In this document: in pieces, positions 1 through 12,596 of the stretch
Position numbering within the stretch: position 1 is the stretch's first letter
Layout: each line of letters opens with the position of its first letter
Assembly: GCA_951406725.2 (NCBI GenBank)
Contig: OX597822.1
Location: 30,132,001 to 30,196,000, forward strand
Length of the DNA stretch: 64,000 nucleotides
Reading direction: 5' to 3'
Source of the DNA: Octopus vulgaris
Taxonomy: Eukaryota
Program-made: the position numbers and the translations under genes
Notes under the pieces: generated by a model
The model's input: only the letters and a program-made list of their open reading frames with translations
Databases searched by the model: none
What the model was told of the DNA's origin: nothing

Positions 1-62
<62 letters not shown>

Positions 63-63
<1 letters not shown>

Positions 64-218
64 ACGGGATTCTCGCAGTTTCCGTCTACCAAATCCACTC
101 ACAAGGCTTTGGTCGGCCCGAGGCTATGGCAGAAGATGCTTGCCTATGGTGCTACGCAGTGAAACTGAACCCGGAACCATGCGGTTGGGAAGCAAGCTTC
201 TTACTACACAGCTACGCA
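63..218 (-). mobile_element. SINE family A, 5' half
   Basis: Reverse complement of the family A head (gctgtgtagtaagaagcttgcttcccaacc...ggatttggtagacggaaactg). Confidence 0.85.
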
Positions 219-246
219 TGTTTAATTCTTTAAATCTATCTTGTAG

Positions 247-554
247 GTTTATGGGATTATGAGGAGGACGAGTTCTACAACTTTAATCAAAACAGCAACT
301 CCCATGCACAAGAACATGCGAAATATTTCGATGATGACAGAAAATTACGGTGGTCTTATATCGATTTCTGGAATTGTCCCTTTTGTGGAAATGATATTTG
401 TATTTATGCAGATCTGCCAACAAACATACTGTTGCGCTTTCAAAGTGCCGTAGCAAAATATCCATTTCAAAGTCAATTTATATTAGGAGAATTTCTAAAA
501 TCTTACAGATTTTTAGATACAGAGACACTGTTTCGTATTTCACGTTATGAGTAG
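247..554 (+). CDS. Candidate 3'-terminal coding exon of an unidentified host gene
   Basis: Pyrimidine-rich acceptor (tctttaaatctatcttgtag) at 246, then a 101-codon stop-free, non-repetitive frame lacking an ATG (LWDYEEDEFYNFNQNSNSHAQEHAKYFDDDRKLRWSYIDFWNCPFCGNDIC...RISRYE*), TAG 552-554, AATAAA near 858. Protein not recognised. Confidence 0.4.
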
Positions 555-954
555 GGGGACCAGATCGTCTTATTTTATTGTTTGGTTTAATATTGAACTA
601 ATAAAAACATGCGAAGATGGTATTTTTGTTCTTTCTGTTATTTTATGTACCCACACGTTTCTGGGTTAGACTTCATTGTGTGACACCGTGTCTTCTGTCA
701 TAGCCTATGTTCACAAATACCTTGAGAAAGGAATCTTAGAGGCATTAACTGTTTGGAATCTTACGTGCCTATTATTCCATTGTTTGAGAAATTTCATTGC
801 ACTACCCACATCGAAATCAAACTCACTGTTTTCAGTTTGCGATGTAGCTATTTCTTAATAAAATAATCTGAGAAACTGTGCTACATTAGAACTCATCAAA
901 AAAAGAGCAGAAAGTAGGGTCTTATATGAATTTACGACGTGTAATTAATAATAA

Positions 955-1360
955 TTTCTACTATAGGCACAAAACTTGAAATTTCAGAAAGAGGAGGCTA
1001 GTTGATTACGTCGACCCAAGTGCTCAACACGAAAGGATGAAATGCAAACAGGACTTCAACAGAATTTGAACTGGGAATGTAAAGAGAGACGAAACGCTGC
1101 TGACGATTCTGCCAGCTCACAGCCTTAGATGTCATAAAATATTGGTTTCAAATTTTGGCACAAGGCCGGCAAATTCGGGGGAGGAGGTCAAGTTAATTGT
1201 ATCGACACCAATGCTCAACCGGTACTTATTTTATCAACCATGAAAGGATGGAAGGCGAAAATCGACCTCGTTAGAATTTGAGCTCAAAACATAAAGATGA
1301 ACGAAATGCTGCTAAATTTCTTTATCCGGCGTGCTAACGATTCTGCCAGCTCACCGCCTT
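955..1360 (-). mobile_element. Two adjacent diverged SINE family B copies
   Basis: Two matches to the reverse complement of ggcggtgagctggcagaatcg...tttcatgg/ccttgtgcc, ending at about 1125 and 1360. Confidence 0.8.
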
Positions 1361-1432
1361 AGATGTAATAAAATATTGGTATAGCTGCAAGAAAACCTGG
1401 TCAACTCTGCATTCTTTATTCACAGTTTATTC

Positions 1433-1860
1433 ATAGGTGCAGGAGTGGCTGTATGGTAAGTAGCTTGCTTACCAACCACATGGTTCCAGGTTCAGTCCCA
1501 CTGCGTGGCATCTTGGGCAAGTGTCTTCTACTATAGCCTCGGGCCAACCAAAGCCTTGTGAGTGGATTTGGTAGACGGAAACTGAAAGAAGCCTGTCGTA
1601 TATATATGTATATATGTATGTATGTGTGTGTATATGTTTGTGTGTCTGTGTTTGTCCCCCCACCATCGCTTGACAACCGATGCTGGTGTGTTTACGTCGC
1701 CATCACTTAGCAGTTGGGCAAAAAGAGATCGATAGAATAAGTACTAGGCTTACAAAGAATAAGTCCTGGGGTCGATTTGCTCGACTAAAGGCGGTGCTCC
1801 AGCATGGCCACAGTCAAACGACTGAAACAATTAAAAGAGTAAAAGAGTAAAAGAGAGAGT
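1433..1860 (+). mobile_element. SINE family A, full length (tRNA-related head, internal TA/TG microsatellite, LINE-like tail)
   Basis: aggagtggctgtatggtaag...ggttcagtccc (A/B-box-like), cttgggcaagtgtctt, internal (TA/TG)n, tail ggcggtgctccagcatggcc...gactgaaac, (aaaagagt)n. About 20 copies or fragments in the window. Confidence 0.9.
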
Positions 1861-1949
1861 TAAATGTTGAGCTTCAGTACATACAGAAACAGGCACAGGA
1901 TACAATGGTTCGTTGTTTTGGCTCCCCACAAATTTTTATTGCTTTTGCC

Positions 1950-2030
1950 TGCAACTCCAAATATAAAGATTTCCCAAGCCTACTGACCTCAAACTTAGAC
2001 CCATCATTGCTGGCCCTACTTGTGAAACTA
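1950..2030 (+). mobile_element. Penelope-like reverse transcriptase fragment
   Basis: Translates to PTDLKLRPIIAGPTCET, resembling the LRPI finger motif of PLE RTs. Confidence 0.55.
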
Positions 2031-2059
2031 CAGAAGTAGAGTTCGAAGTAGAGTTCGAA

Positions 2060-2830
2060 ATGACGGAAAAAATTAAGGTGGAGTACTTGCGTAGACTGAG
2101 ACTGATTCTTAAGACGAAATTAAACAGACGGAATAAGATTGATGCTATTAACACCTGGGCGATTTCACTCCTTAGATATGGAGCGGGGGTAATCGCATGG
2201 ACAGTAGACGAACTAAACAACTTAGAAAGACAAGGAAGTTGCTGACTGGATATGGGATATTCCACCCAAAAAGTGATACAGACAGACTGTATGTACCAAG
2301 AAAAAGAGAGGGAAGGGGTCTGACTGGATGTGAACAGCGCATTAGAGCAGAAAAAGGAACACAGCATTGTATGTAAAGAATGTCACAGAACCGCTATTAT
2401 TGAAAGTGCAAATGTCAGGCTTGTGGAGGATGGAAGATTGCAAAGATAAAGCACTGTACAAGCACTTGAGAATGAATGAAACTGAAAATAGGTGGATGAA
2501 GAAAAGAATGCATAGGCAATTTCATAGAGATGCTGAATATAAGACAAACAGAGAAAACAGATGGCTATGGATGACTAAAAGTGATTTAAAACCGGAAACG
2601 GAGGCTCTAATCTGTGCTACCCAAGAGCAAGTATTAAGAACGAATTACATCAAATACAGAATAGACAACACATCAGAAGGTGATTAGTGCAGAATTTCTG
2701 GACAAAATGGTGAAACTGTATGGCATATTACCAGTCAATGTACGACACAAGCTCAGAAAAAATATAAGAGACGTCATGACAATATAGCAAGGATTGTCCA
2801 TTGGATACTTTGCAACAAGTATGGACTTGA
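2060..2830 (+). mobile_element. Degenerate R4/Dong-type (RLE) non-LTR retrotransposon ORF: RT thumb plus CCHC knuckle
   Basis: EYLRRLRLILKTKLN..NKIDAINTWA..LLRYGAG..W; HPKSDTDRLYVPRK; LKPETEALICATQEQVLRTNY; CRISGQNGETVWHITSQC; RRHDNIARIVHW. Contains frameshifts and stops. Confidence 0.85.
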
Positions 2831-2924
2831 ATTTAGCAGTTTCATCATTTCGTTTTAGCTCCAAATCAAATCAACAGATATTGGTAAAAAATTACTGATC
2901 GAAAAAATTCGAATAATTATGCTT

Positions 2925-3290
2925 ACTCTCTCTTTTACTCTTTTACTTGTTTCAGTCATTTGACTGCAGCCATGCTGGGGCACCGCCTTTAGTACTTATT
3001 CTATCGGTCTCTTTTGCCGAACCGCCAAGTAACGGGGACATAAGCACACCAGCATCGGTTGTCAAGCAATGCTAGGGGGACAAACACAAACACACACACA
3101 CACATACATATATATACATATATACGACAGGCTTCTTTTCAGTTTCCGTCTACCAAATCCACTCACAAGGCATTGGTCGGCCCGGGGCTATAGCAGAAGA
3201 CACTTGCCCAAGGTGCCACGCAGTGGGACTGAACCCGGAACCATGTGGTTGGTTAGCAAGCTACTTACCACACAGCCACTCCTGCGCCTA
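2925..3290 (-). mobile_element. SINE family A
   Basis: Near-identical reverse complement of 1433-1860 with an internal deletion. Confidence 0.9.
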
Positions 3291-3384
3291 TATGACATTA
3301 TTTTGGGAAAAAGAGACGCATGAATCCAATGAAAAACATTGACAGCGAAATATGATACTAGGCTGCAAATTTATTTACTTTCAT

Positions 3385-3775
3385 TTAGGTGCAGTCGTAG
3401 CTGTATGGGAAAAAGTTTACTTCATAAGAACATGGTCTTCGATTCAACTCCACTGCGTTGCATCTTGGGAAAGTGCCTTCTACTATAGCCGCCGACCGAC
3501 CAAAGACCTGAGAGTGAACTTGATAAAGGGGAACTGAAAGAATATACATATGTGTGTATGTATGTGCGTCTGTGTCTTTGTGTCTGTATTTCACAGGTGA
3601 TGGTGTGTTCACGTCTCCGTAACTTAGCAGTTCGGCAAAACAGATCGATTGAATAGGTACTAGGCTTAGAAGCACAAGTACTGGACTCGATTCATTCGAC
3701 TAAACCATTTTCAAGGAATCCCCACCCAAACCCCAGCATGGCCTCAGTCTAATGAATGAAACAAATAAAAGATAG
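3385..3775 (+). mobile_element. SINE family A, older diverged copy
   Basis: Colinear but diverged match to family A head, body and tail. Confidence 0.8.
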
Positions 3776-4098
3776 AAATTAATTAGATATTATTCTATAG
3801 TCCATGGAACCAACAATTCTGCGAATAGTCAGCACAGCATTTTCTGGGCAACTGAACGTTGTTTGCATCGTTTACATGCAATTTAGCCAAAACAAGGAAT
3901 TCAGAGAGTCATATTTCTTCTCGGTAATTAATAAACCTAAATAAAGCGATCGTGAGTCCGTCACTTTAACTACTAGGTCATGCGCCCTCACATCAACTAT
4001 AACCATGCTGAAAAGAACAGCTAGTGGCAGTATTAATAGTCTTAATAGTCGCCGTCATCGACATCGAAGTTTCGTTGCTGCTGCTGCTGCTGTTACTA

Positions 4099-4134
<36 letters not shown>

Positions 4135-4145
4135 TTGCTGCTGTT

Positions 4146-4516
4146 CTGTTGAGCGAAGCGGTCTTCGTTCCAGAGTTCGCAGTGGGAGAAGTCCGAATCG
4201 TGGTCCTTGGCTATTCATAAGACCCGCAGAAGAGAAAGCAGGTGAACCCCCGACACCGAGAGCATCGACGGATGGATGAATGCACATCCAGGCTCAGCGA
4301 TTGCGTAGGAAGTCGGGGACAAGAAACAGGAAGAAAGAGTGAGAGAAAGTTGGGGCGAAAGAGTACAACAGGGGTCACCACCACCCCCTGCCGGAGCCTC
4401 TTGGAGCTTTAGGTGTTTTTCGCTCAATAAACACACACAACGCCCGGTCTGGGAATCGAAACCGCGATCCTCCGTCCTCGAGTCCGCTGCCCTAACCACT
4501 GGGCCATTGCGCCTCC
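4146..4516 (-). mobile_element. SINE with head C and a distinct tail
   Basis: Head ggaggcgcaatggcccagtggttagggcagcggactc...ggtttcgattccc (tRNA-like A/B boxes), embedded in (CTA/CTG)n. Confidence 0.85.
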
Positions 4517-4568
4517 TGCTGCTACTGCTGCTACTACACTACTACTACTACTACTGCTGCTGCTACTG

Positions 4569-4621
<53 letters not shown>

Positions 4622-5137
4622 GCTGCTGTTTCAGTTACAGTATCAATGACCATAGATTTGCTTCACTGCGTTCTTGCATACCTCTCTGTGTTATGCACAA
4701 CTTTGTCATAAGAATAATAGGTATTAGGTTTTCGGGATCCATTACATCAAAATCCCCTTTCCATCCATAATATTTTTCTTTGCTAATATAATACAAAAGG
4801 ACAACGTCTGGTTAGTTAGCGGCTCAGTTGCGACCTTTTTTCTATTAGTCTTTTGTGTTAGTCATGCAATCACTCTACATCTCCAATTACCTTTGGTTTA
4901 TGTATTTTACAATTAAATCTTAACTTTTATCCTGGTGGGAGGTGACTAAATATTGCATTATTAGTTTTTCTTTTTCTCTTCAAATGCGTTCCCATTATCA
5001 TTACTGTTGCTGTTGCTGTCATTATTTATGTATTTATTTATTTACTTATTTATTTTTCCAACATTCTTATTAGTCTCTTATAAAACTTTCGCTCTATTGT
5101 AGCTCAATGCGAATATTTACAACTAATTTTAGTTTCG

Positions 5138-5199
<62 letters not shown>

Positions 5200-5239
5200 A
5201 CACACAAACTCTCTCTCTCTCTCCATCCCTTCCTCTCTT

Positions 5240-5274
<35 letters not shown>

Positions 5275-5634
5275 TACACACACACACAAAATCTCTCTCT
5301 CTCTCTCCATCCCTTCCTCTCTTTCTCTCTCTCTCACACACACATGTAACATATATTAAACAAATCACTTCGAATGCTACTCTCCATCGTTCATCTATAC
5401 GTATATATATCTGTATCCATTTATATATACATTCATGCACACACACACACACACACATACATATATATATATATGCATATATATATATGTATATATATGT
5501 GTGTATCTATATGTGTATATATATATACATATGTATATATATGTATATGTGTGTATGGTGTATACACACACACATACACACACACACACACATATACACA
5601 GGTATACATGCACATATGTATGCATTATGTATGT

Positions 5635-6170
5635 CATTATTCAGTTTTATTTGAAGATTTCTAGCCGTTAGTGAAGGGCTCGGTTTCTAACCTATATCTA
5701 GGGCTCCTTCATTGGAATTTTAACATCAACAGGGTATTTGTTCATGTACTTATGTATACGTGCAGTATTTGGAGTTAGAGCATGTGCATATTTGTGTCTT
5801 CTTTTATGTATTCTCGTGCATATAGTTTCATGTCTAGACATGCGCATATATACTTAAATGATAAACTTTTGGAAAGTTTTTCGGGTTTTTACAGTTCCAG
5901 TGATGGTCTGGATCTGTAGTCTTCGAATCAGCTTTCTGCTTTCTGGTTACACATCCCTGTGCTCAAATAATTACAGGTATAAGCTTGAACTGGTAATCTG
6001 TTAGATTAACTGTAGATTTCTCAATAATTCAGCGTAGGTATTGACTCTTTCGTTGATCTTTAGCTTTATGTTAACATCCGCTGGGCAGCTGTATACTGTA
6101 TACTGTATACTGTTTGTCTTCTCTATCCCAAATCACAATGTCAGGTATTTTGTTTTTGCTCAGGCGAAAA
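5635..6170 (-). mobile_element. 3' end of R4/Dong-type LINE: restriction-like endonuclease remnant plus 3' UTR
   Basis: Minus-strand PDIVIWDREDKQ...SCPADVNIKLKINERVNTYAELLRNLQL...FKLIPVII...LIRRLQIQTITGTVK (PD-(D/E)xK RLE). Ends against a CATA/TA microsatellite. Confidence 0.75.
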
Positions 6171-6444
6171 AAAAATGCTCTGGTTATTGCCATTCTAGAT
6201 CGACGCTGGTAAGATTCCGTTTGATTATCTGCAAGTCGACGACAGTAGTAATGGATTTCTAGAGGGCTTGATATTCTAGAAATGAAGGACGGGGTTTAGT
6301 TGTTAGCACGATGTATGAGCACAATGTAGGTGAGTTGAGGAGGAGATGAGAGTGAAGAAGCAGTTACTCTTGAGTGAAGTTGGTACGAGTCCAACCCATG
6401 ATAATGCGCTGCGCGGACAATTTTTTTGGATACTATCTAGATTC

Positions 6445-6653
6445 TTTTTTACTTTCTCTTTTACTCTTTTACTTGTTTCAGTCATTTGACTGCGGTCATG
6501 CTGGAGCACCACATTTAGTCTAGCAAATCGACTCCAGGACTTATTCGTTGGAAGCCTAGTACTTATTCTATCGGTCTCTTTTGCCGAACCGGTAAGTTAC
6601 AGGGACGTAAACACACCAGCATCGGTTGTCAAGCGATGCTGAATGGACAAACA

Positions 6654-6703
<50 letters not shown>

Positions 6704-6850
6704 GTTTCTGTCTACCAAATCCACTCACAAGGCTTTGGTCGGCCCGAGGCTATAGTAGAAGACACTTGCCCAAGGTACCACGAAGTGGAACTGAACCCGA
6801 AACCATGTGGTTGGTAAGCAAGCCACTTACCACACAGCCACTCCTGCGCC
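6445..6850 (-). mobile_element. SINE family A, full length
   Basis: Reverse complement match to family A. Confidence 0.9.
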
Positions 6851-7419
6851 TGATTACCTGCACGTGTAGCAAAATCACTTTTCTGATAAGGTATCGATTT
6901 TACTTTGTGGTTTGATCTGATCAAATTGAGAATTACTATTTGGTGGAAACTAAGATATCCTTTATTTCTGATGAAAAAAGTCAGTCTTTAATGATCTAAT
7001 ATACTGGTAGTGAAAGCGAAACACCTGATAGTTAAAGGATAATACTTCGTTATTACACTGTAAATCAAGCCAGTACAAAAGTCGGGTTATCTAAATCTTG
7101 ATTGCCACGTCAGAAGCCCTGCATTAATTTGAGAAGTGTATGCTTGGAAGTGTAACTCAAACTAGGTGCTAATTCCGGTGCGGTCTACCACATGATCCAT
7201 ACTCTACGCTGTGAAATTATCTGATTTCTTTACTGAGATCTCAGCTGATTTTGTGACTTTTCATAATATGAACTTATTACCTGCGTTTATCTGCATTGTT
7301 GATGTGAGCGTTTCTGGCCAGTCTATGTAAAAGAGCAATCAACTAACACCTGTATCAGTGTCCTGCTCAAAAGGAAACCGATAATACGAGTATAATACAT
7401 GTTCCCCATTGCAATTATG

Positions 7420-8640
7420 TTAAAAGTATCCAGAGACTCGTCATTTTGATAGAGGAAGCAACAGTTGCATTTTTACGGAAAACAATATTCTGGATACACC
7501 ACCAGTAGCAAACCCTTGTCATTAATGTGGTAGTTTTATGAAAGGAAAATGAAAGCGTGGCAGAGGCGGAAAATGCAAACATGGAGTTTGTTGTTCCCGA
7601 AAGGGGTGCCAAACTTCACGCTCTCTTCGAAAAAATAAACTCATTTTTTCATTATACAGACATCAACAAATTACACTGCAATTTTAGTTTTTGTGGAACT
7701 TCAGAAGTTGTATTTTTCTTTACTTTTTTGCAATGGAAATACCTGTGAATACAGTAGTGATTCTAACAGGAATGCCTTCAAATATGTTAATTCACTCATA
7801 TAATATGTACCGAGAGGTGGGGGAAACCATAATTTCTGTTCGTTAGTAAGGTAAGATGGTTGAAACAAATGATAACCCTATTCGAAAGGCGGCGAGCTGG
7901 CAGAAACGTTAGCACACCGGGCGAAATGCTTAGCTGTATTTCGTGTCTTTACGTTCTGAGTTCAAATTCCGCCGAGGTCAACTTTACTTTTCATTCTTTC
8001 GGGGTCGATAAACTAAGTATCATTTGCGTACTGGGGTAGATCTAATCGACTGGCTCCTTCCCCCAAAATTTCGGGCCTTGTGCCTAGAGTAGAAATGATG
8101 ACCCTATTCAAATTGAAGAGACAAGTTCTGCTGGTCGACGGAAATACAACCATAGGGTATACTAAATGGTAACAATGCTCCTCTCTCTGAACAAAGTCAT
8201 GTAAATGCACAAAGCAACAGGAACTGTAAACGTAGAATTGATGGTCTTTGATCTGAAACAAGGCTCTGACTGTCGACACTATTATGTGGAACGGCTTCGA
8301 AGAAGCACCTTATGACCAGTCATTGAACGAGATTTTGAAAATGGTTCAGTGGTTCAGTGGCCTTTATATGGTAATGTAACTGCAACGGGTTATCGCCATC
8401 TTACAATGAACCATCAAGAGCATTATGCCAATCCTGTAACAGTAGCACACACGCAAGTATTTGAGCGACCATGGTTGTAGGCCAAAAGAAGCTGAGAGGT
8501 GTTAATAGTAAGCTTTTCCAGTTACACCTTGATCACATCTACTGGAAAGTATTGAGGAAAGAAGCAGTAGAAACGTTTGTGATATTCCTAAATGATGAAC
8601 GAAGTGTGTCTCTTTAAAGGATTTAAATGTAAATGTCATA
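7420..8640 (+). mobile_element. Merlin (IS1016/ISXO2-like) DNA transposase fossil, interrupted by a SINE
   Basis: Broken frames give a Zn finger (PCH*CG...CSRKGCQTSRSLRK), PIQIEETSSAGRRKYNHR (cf. VQIDES..GRRKYNRG), YYVERLRRSTL*PVIERDFENGS, and QWPLYGNVTATGYRHLTMNHQEHYANPVTVAHTQVFERPW (cf. GY.H.TVNH...V.P.TGAHTQ.IE..W). Confidence 0.75.
7887..8092 (+). mobile_element. SINE family B (short-tail variant) with target-site duplication
   Basis: aggcggcgagctggcagaaacgttagc...gagttcaaattcc...ggggtcgataaa. Flanked by aaatgat(a/g)accctattc at 7867-7883 and 8093-8109. Confidence 0.9.
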
Positions 8641-8747
8641 AATACTAAATCATTATTCAACATGTTTTCATCATGCTGTAGTAAATGTGGAGCTAGAGCA
8701 CACTCTGGAGCTGCACTCCGATCTATCTCTTTGTGGGAGAGTAAATA

Positions 8748-8970
8748 AGGCGGCGAGCTGGCAGAAACGTTAGCACGCCGGGCGAAATGCTTAGCAGTAT
8801 TTCGTCTGTCTTTACGTTCTGAGTTCAAATTCCGCCGAGGTCGACTTTGCCTTTCATCCTCTCGGGGTCGATAAATATAGTATCAGTTTAGCACTGGGTC
8901 GATGCAGTCGATTTAATCCCTTTGTCTGTCCTTGTTTGTCCCCTCTATGTTTGTGGTAGTAAAGAAATAT
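8748..8970 (+). mobile_element. SINE family B (long-tail variant)
   Basis: Family B head and body, tail tgtctgtccttgtttgtcc...gtagtaaagaaata. Confidence 0.9.
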
Positions 8971-9309
8971 ATATTGTTGGGGAGTAAATATATGTTTCGA
9001 TAGTTTTTCCTGGATTCAATCAAGTGCTACAAATGACGCCCACTACATTTCTTTTGAAAACTCTGACGTCATAATTTATAATAATTTATATAGTGCAATT
9101 TGCAAACAGTGGCATGTTTGGCTTCAGATTTCTAAGTTGCAAATGACTAAGTTTCCTACACTACTGATGGCTCTTAAGGAGTGTCATTTCTCAATGACTA
9201 TGAAATATCTTCAACTAATTCAAAGGAATTCATTTCTAAAGAACCAGGTTTTCAGTTTCCTGTAGGTGTGTATGTGCGTGTGTATATACATACCTACATG
9301 ATGTAAAAG

Positions 9310-9598
9310 TATATGGTTTGTGTATTCAAGGCTGTGGGTTCAACTTCGGCCAGTTGTGTGCTTGAGCAAGTTACTTTACTTCACATTGCTCCAGTCCACT
9401 CAGCATGCAAAAATGGGTGCTACCTGTACCACAAAAAGGTCAGCCCTATTACATTCTTTGTCACACTGAGAACTAAGTTAAGAGTACGCGCGCCTGTGGG
9501 CCACTCAGCCACTTGTACCTTAAATATCACGAGCACGCTGTTCGGTTGAATCGGATCAACTGGATAACTGGTCGTCGTAACCGCCAGTCCCAGAGATT
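9310..9598 (+). mobile_element. Diverged SINE, head D-like with tail c
   Basis: gttgtgtgcttgagcaag...ccagtccactcagc...gagaacta...ctcagccacttg...ggatcaactgg matches 55901-56215. Confidence 0.75.
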
Positions 9599-9667
9599 AC
9601 GTATGTATGTATGTATGTATGTATGTATGTATGTATGTATGTATGTATGTATGTATTATGTATGTAT

Positions 9668-10177
9668 GCATAGTCGGCTCGTCGGCAACTAAACTGGCAA
9701 CCCCACCAAGTTGCTTGGTGAGGAGGGTGTTTATTGAACATCCTGCGGGATGAAAAACAAAACCTGTCAGAGGGCGGAGGAATTCTTGAGAGTCAACGGC
9801 CATCCAATAAATGTCTTAAGACTGTATCATGCGCGGGGAAATAGAAATAATCGGACTGAATACCCGATCGCGCGGTTAAAACATTGGGAGTGAAGGACTC
9901 CTAGCCTTTGTTAGGGCATCCTTCTAGGAGAAGGTAACTCAGGTAACTGGGATAACTCCGTCATAAAACCTGCGGCTCAGTGGTTACCGATGATGTTGAC
10001 TTGTTCTTCTTTTCGGATTGTGGCTGCTGTTGCTTATTGAGTGGGATTGACTCAATGCACAGCCTTTCCTCACTTTAAAAAAATCTTCTTGCACAGGCAT
10101 TGCACGATAACAACATTGATTAAGCTTCGTGCAGTGGCCATACTCGATAACGAGGAGGCAGCCACCACCACCACCAT
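9668..10177 (+). mobile_element. Non-autonomous RTE-like retroelement, copy 1
   Basis: About 510 bp, closely similar to 22371-22915, (CAC)n tail, flanked by (TATG)n. Motif ggcatccttctaggagaaggtaactc resembles RTE 5' UTRs. Confidence 0.65.
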
Positions 10178-10906
10178 GTATGTATGTATGTATGTATGTA
10201 TGTATGTATGTATGTATGTATGTAGGTATGTATTATGTATGTATGTACGCACGTACATACATATATACACAGGCAGGCATACATACATACATACACACAT
10301 ACATACATACATACATACATACACACATACATACACACATACACACATACATACATACATACATACATACATACATACATACATACATACACACATACAC
10401 ATACATACATACATATATATACAGGCAGGCATACATACATACATACATACATACATACATACATACATACATACATACATGCACAAACACATACATGCAC
10501 ATAAATCAGGCAGAACGAATATTAACATGACAAGAACACCCACAAGTTCTTTTCTCTTTTTTCGCTCTCTTGTACATTTTTCTTCTCGTTTTAGCTCAAT
10601 TCATTTCTAAACCTCTCATTGTTTAATCTCCTATCTTTGTCCTTGTATTCTATTCTATTTCTTTTAGCATTGAACTCCTCAGTTGAGAAGTCAACGAAAT
10701 GGAAATTAATAGCTCACGATTCAGTATCATTTTATCTAGCATAGCCACATTGTCTTGATTTGTGTATTCGTTATACTGTTTCCCACATTCAACCTCCTAT
10801 CAAATACATTATACATGATGCACTCCCATATAAGTACACATAGAGACATATATGTGAGGTGTATGTGCGTACGTGCATGTATGTTTGTACATATATATTT
10901 ATATGT

Positions 10907-10978
<72 letters not shown>

Positions 10979-10989
10979 TATATATATAT

Positions 10990-11262
10990 TTTTTCCCTCT
11001 AGTTTCAGCTCAGAGCTGCGGCCATGCGGATGCACCGCCGTTTTGTGCTACACTGTTATTGCGAAGAACCTCGTCTAATATGTGGCAGTTGGTGAAGAAT
11101 GGAGTTTGATATAGCTACTCTCATTTGCACCTCTTGCCGTGAGGTAGGTTCATCTGGGACTCTTGACAGGAAGATGTCCAGCTTTGATTTAAAAACCGCT
11201 ACATCTACTTTGTGCAAGTTCCTCAGACTCTTTGGGAGAATATTAAAAAGCTGTGGGCCCTT
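10990..11262 (-). mobile_element. 3' end of a CR1/L2-group LINE ORF2 plus 3' UTR
   Basis: KGPQLFNILPKSLR..HKVDVAVFKSKLDIFLSRVPDEP...R..ISNSILHQ (one frameshift). Tail ggcggtgcatccgcatggccgcagctctgagctgaaac. Confidence 0.75.
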
Positions 11263-11279
11263 ATATATAAAATAATAAA

Positions 11280-11534
11280 TAATAAAGGCACCATTTTAAA
11301 GCCTAGCCAGGCTCATGGGCCCGGTTTCCCGGTTTGAAAGGCTTATGTGTTTCCCCCAGCTGGACGGGCCGCCATTCCATCGCAGCGTTACTCAATTTTG
11401 CCAGCTGAGTCGACTGGAACAACGTGAAATGAAGTGTTTTGCTCAAGAACACAACGCGTCGCCCAGTCCAGGAATCGAAACCACAATTTTACGATCATGA
11501 TGCTGACACCCTAACCACTAAGCCACGCGCCTCC
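11280..11534 (-). mobile_element. SINE with head D and V-domain-like tail
   Basis: ggaggcgcgtggcttagtggttaggg...ggtttcgattcctgg, then ctgcgatggaatggcggcccgtccagctgggg...gggcccatgagcctggc. Confidence 0.85.
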
Positions 11535-11556
11535 ACACGCACACATTATATATAAT

Positions 11557-11594
<38 letters not shown>

Positions 11595-11867
11595 TCATAC
11601 ACATACACACACATATATATATATATATATAAAATCTATTTAAGGGACACAGTACATGAATTTAAGTGCGACTAATAGTTTCATATGTTGAGAAATATCG
11701 CAAACATATTCATCAGGCAAAACAACACATCATAATGAACTTATTCTTCGTACGCCTAGTACTTATTCTATCGAAACCTTTTGCCGAACCGCTAATTAAC
11801 ATGTAGTAAACAGACCATCATCTGTTGTCAAGTACTGGCGGGAGAACAAACAAACACACACACACGT

Positions 11868-12063
<196 letters not shown>

Positions 12064-12064
12064 C

Positions 12065-12135
<71 letters not shown>

Positions 12136-12137
<2 letters not shown>

Positions 12138-12300
12138 GGTGCAGAAGTGGCTGTGTGGTAAGTAAGTTGCTTAACGAGCCGCATGGTTCCGGGTTCAGTC
12201 CCACTGCGTGGCACGTTGGGCAAGTGTCTTCTATTATAGCCTCGGGCCGACCAAAGATTTGTGAGTGGATTTGGTAGACGGAAACTGAAAGAAACCCGTC

Positions 12301-12370
<70 letters not shown>

Positions 12371-12371
12371 T

Positions 12372-12416
<45 letters not shown>

Positions 12417-12596
12417 AAATGTCTGTGTGCCTGTGTTTGTCTCCCCAACATCGCTTGATAACCGATGCAAAAGAGACCAATAAAATAAGTACTAGGCTTA
12501 CAAAGAATAGATCCTGGGGTCGATGTACTCGACTCAAGGCGGTGCTCCAGCATGACCACAGTCAAATGCGTGAAACAATTAAAAGAATAAAAGAAT
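12136..12596 (+). mobile_element. SINE family A
   Basis: Full head-to-tail match with expanded internal (TA)n(GA)n. Confidence 0.9.

Noticed and set aside
1431-1676. Recurrent peptide [40 protein letters not shown] (also 3069, 6643, 47666, 55599)
   Set aside because: Antisense translation of SINE A, not a gene family.
7150-7270. FRCGLPH...ISADF resembling Helitron Rep motif 2
   Set aside because: Too short and degenerate, with no other Rep/helicase motifs found.
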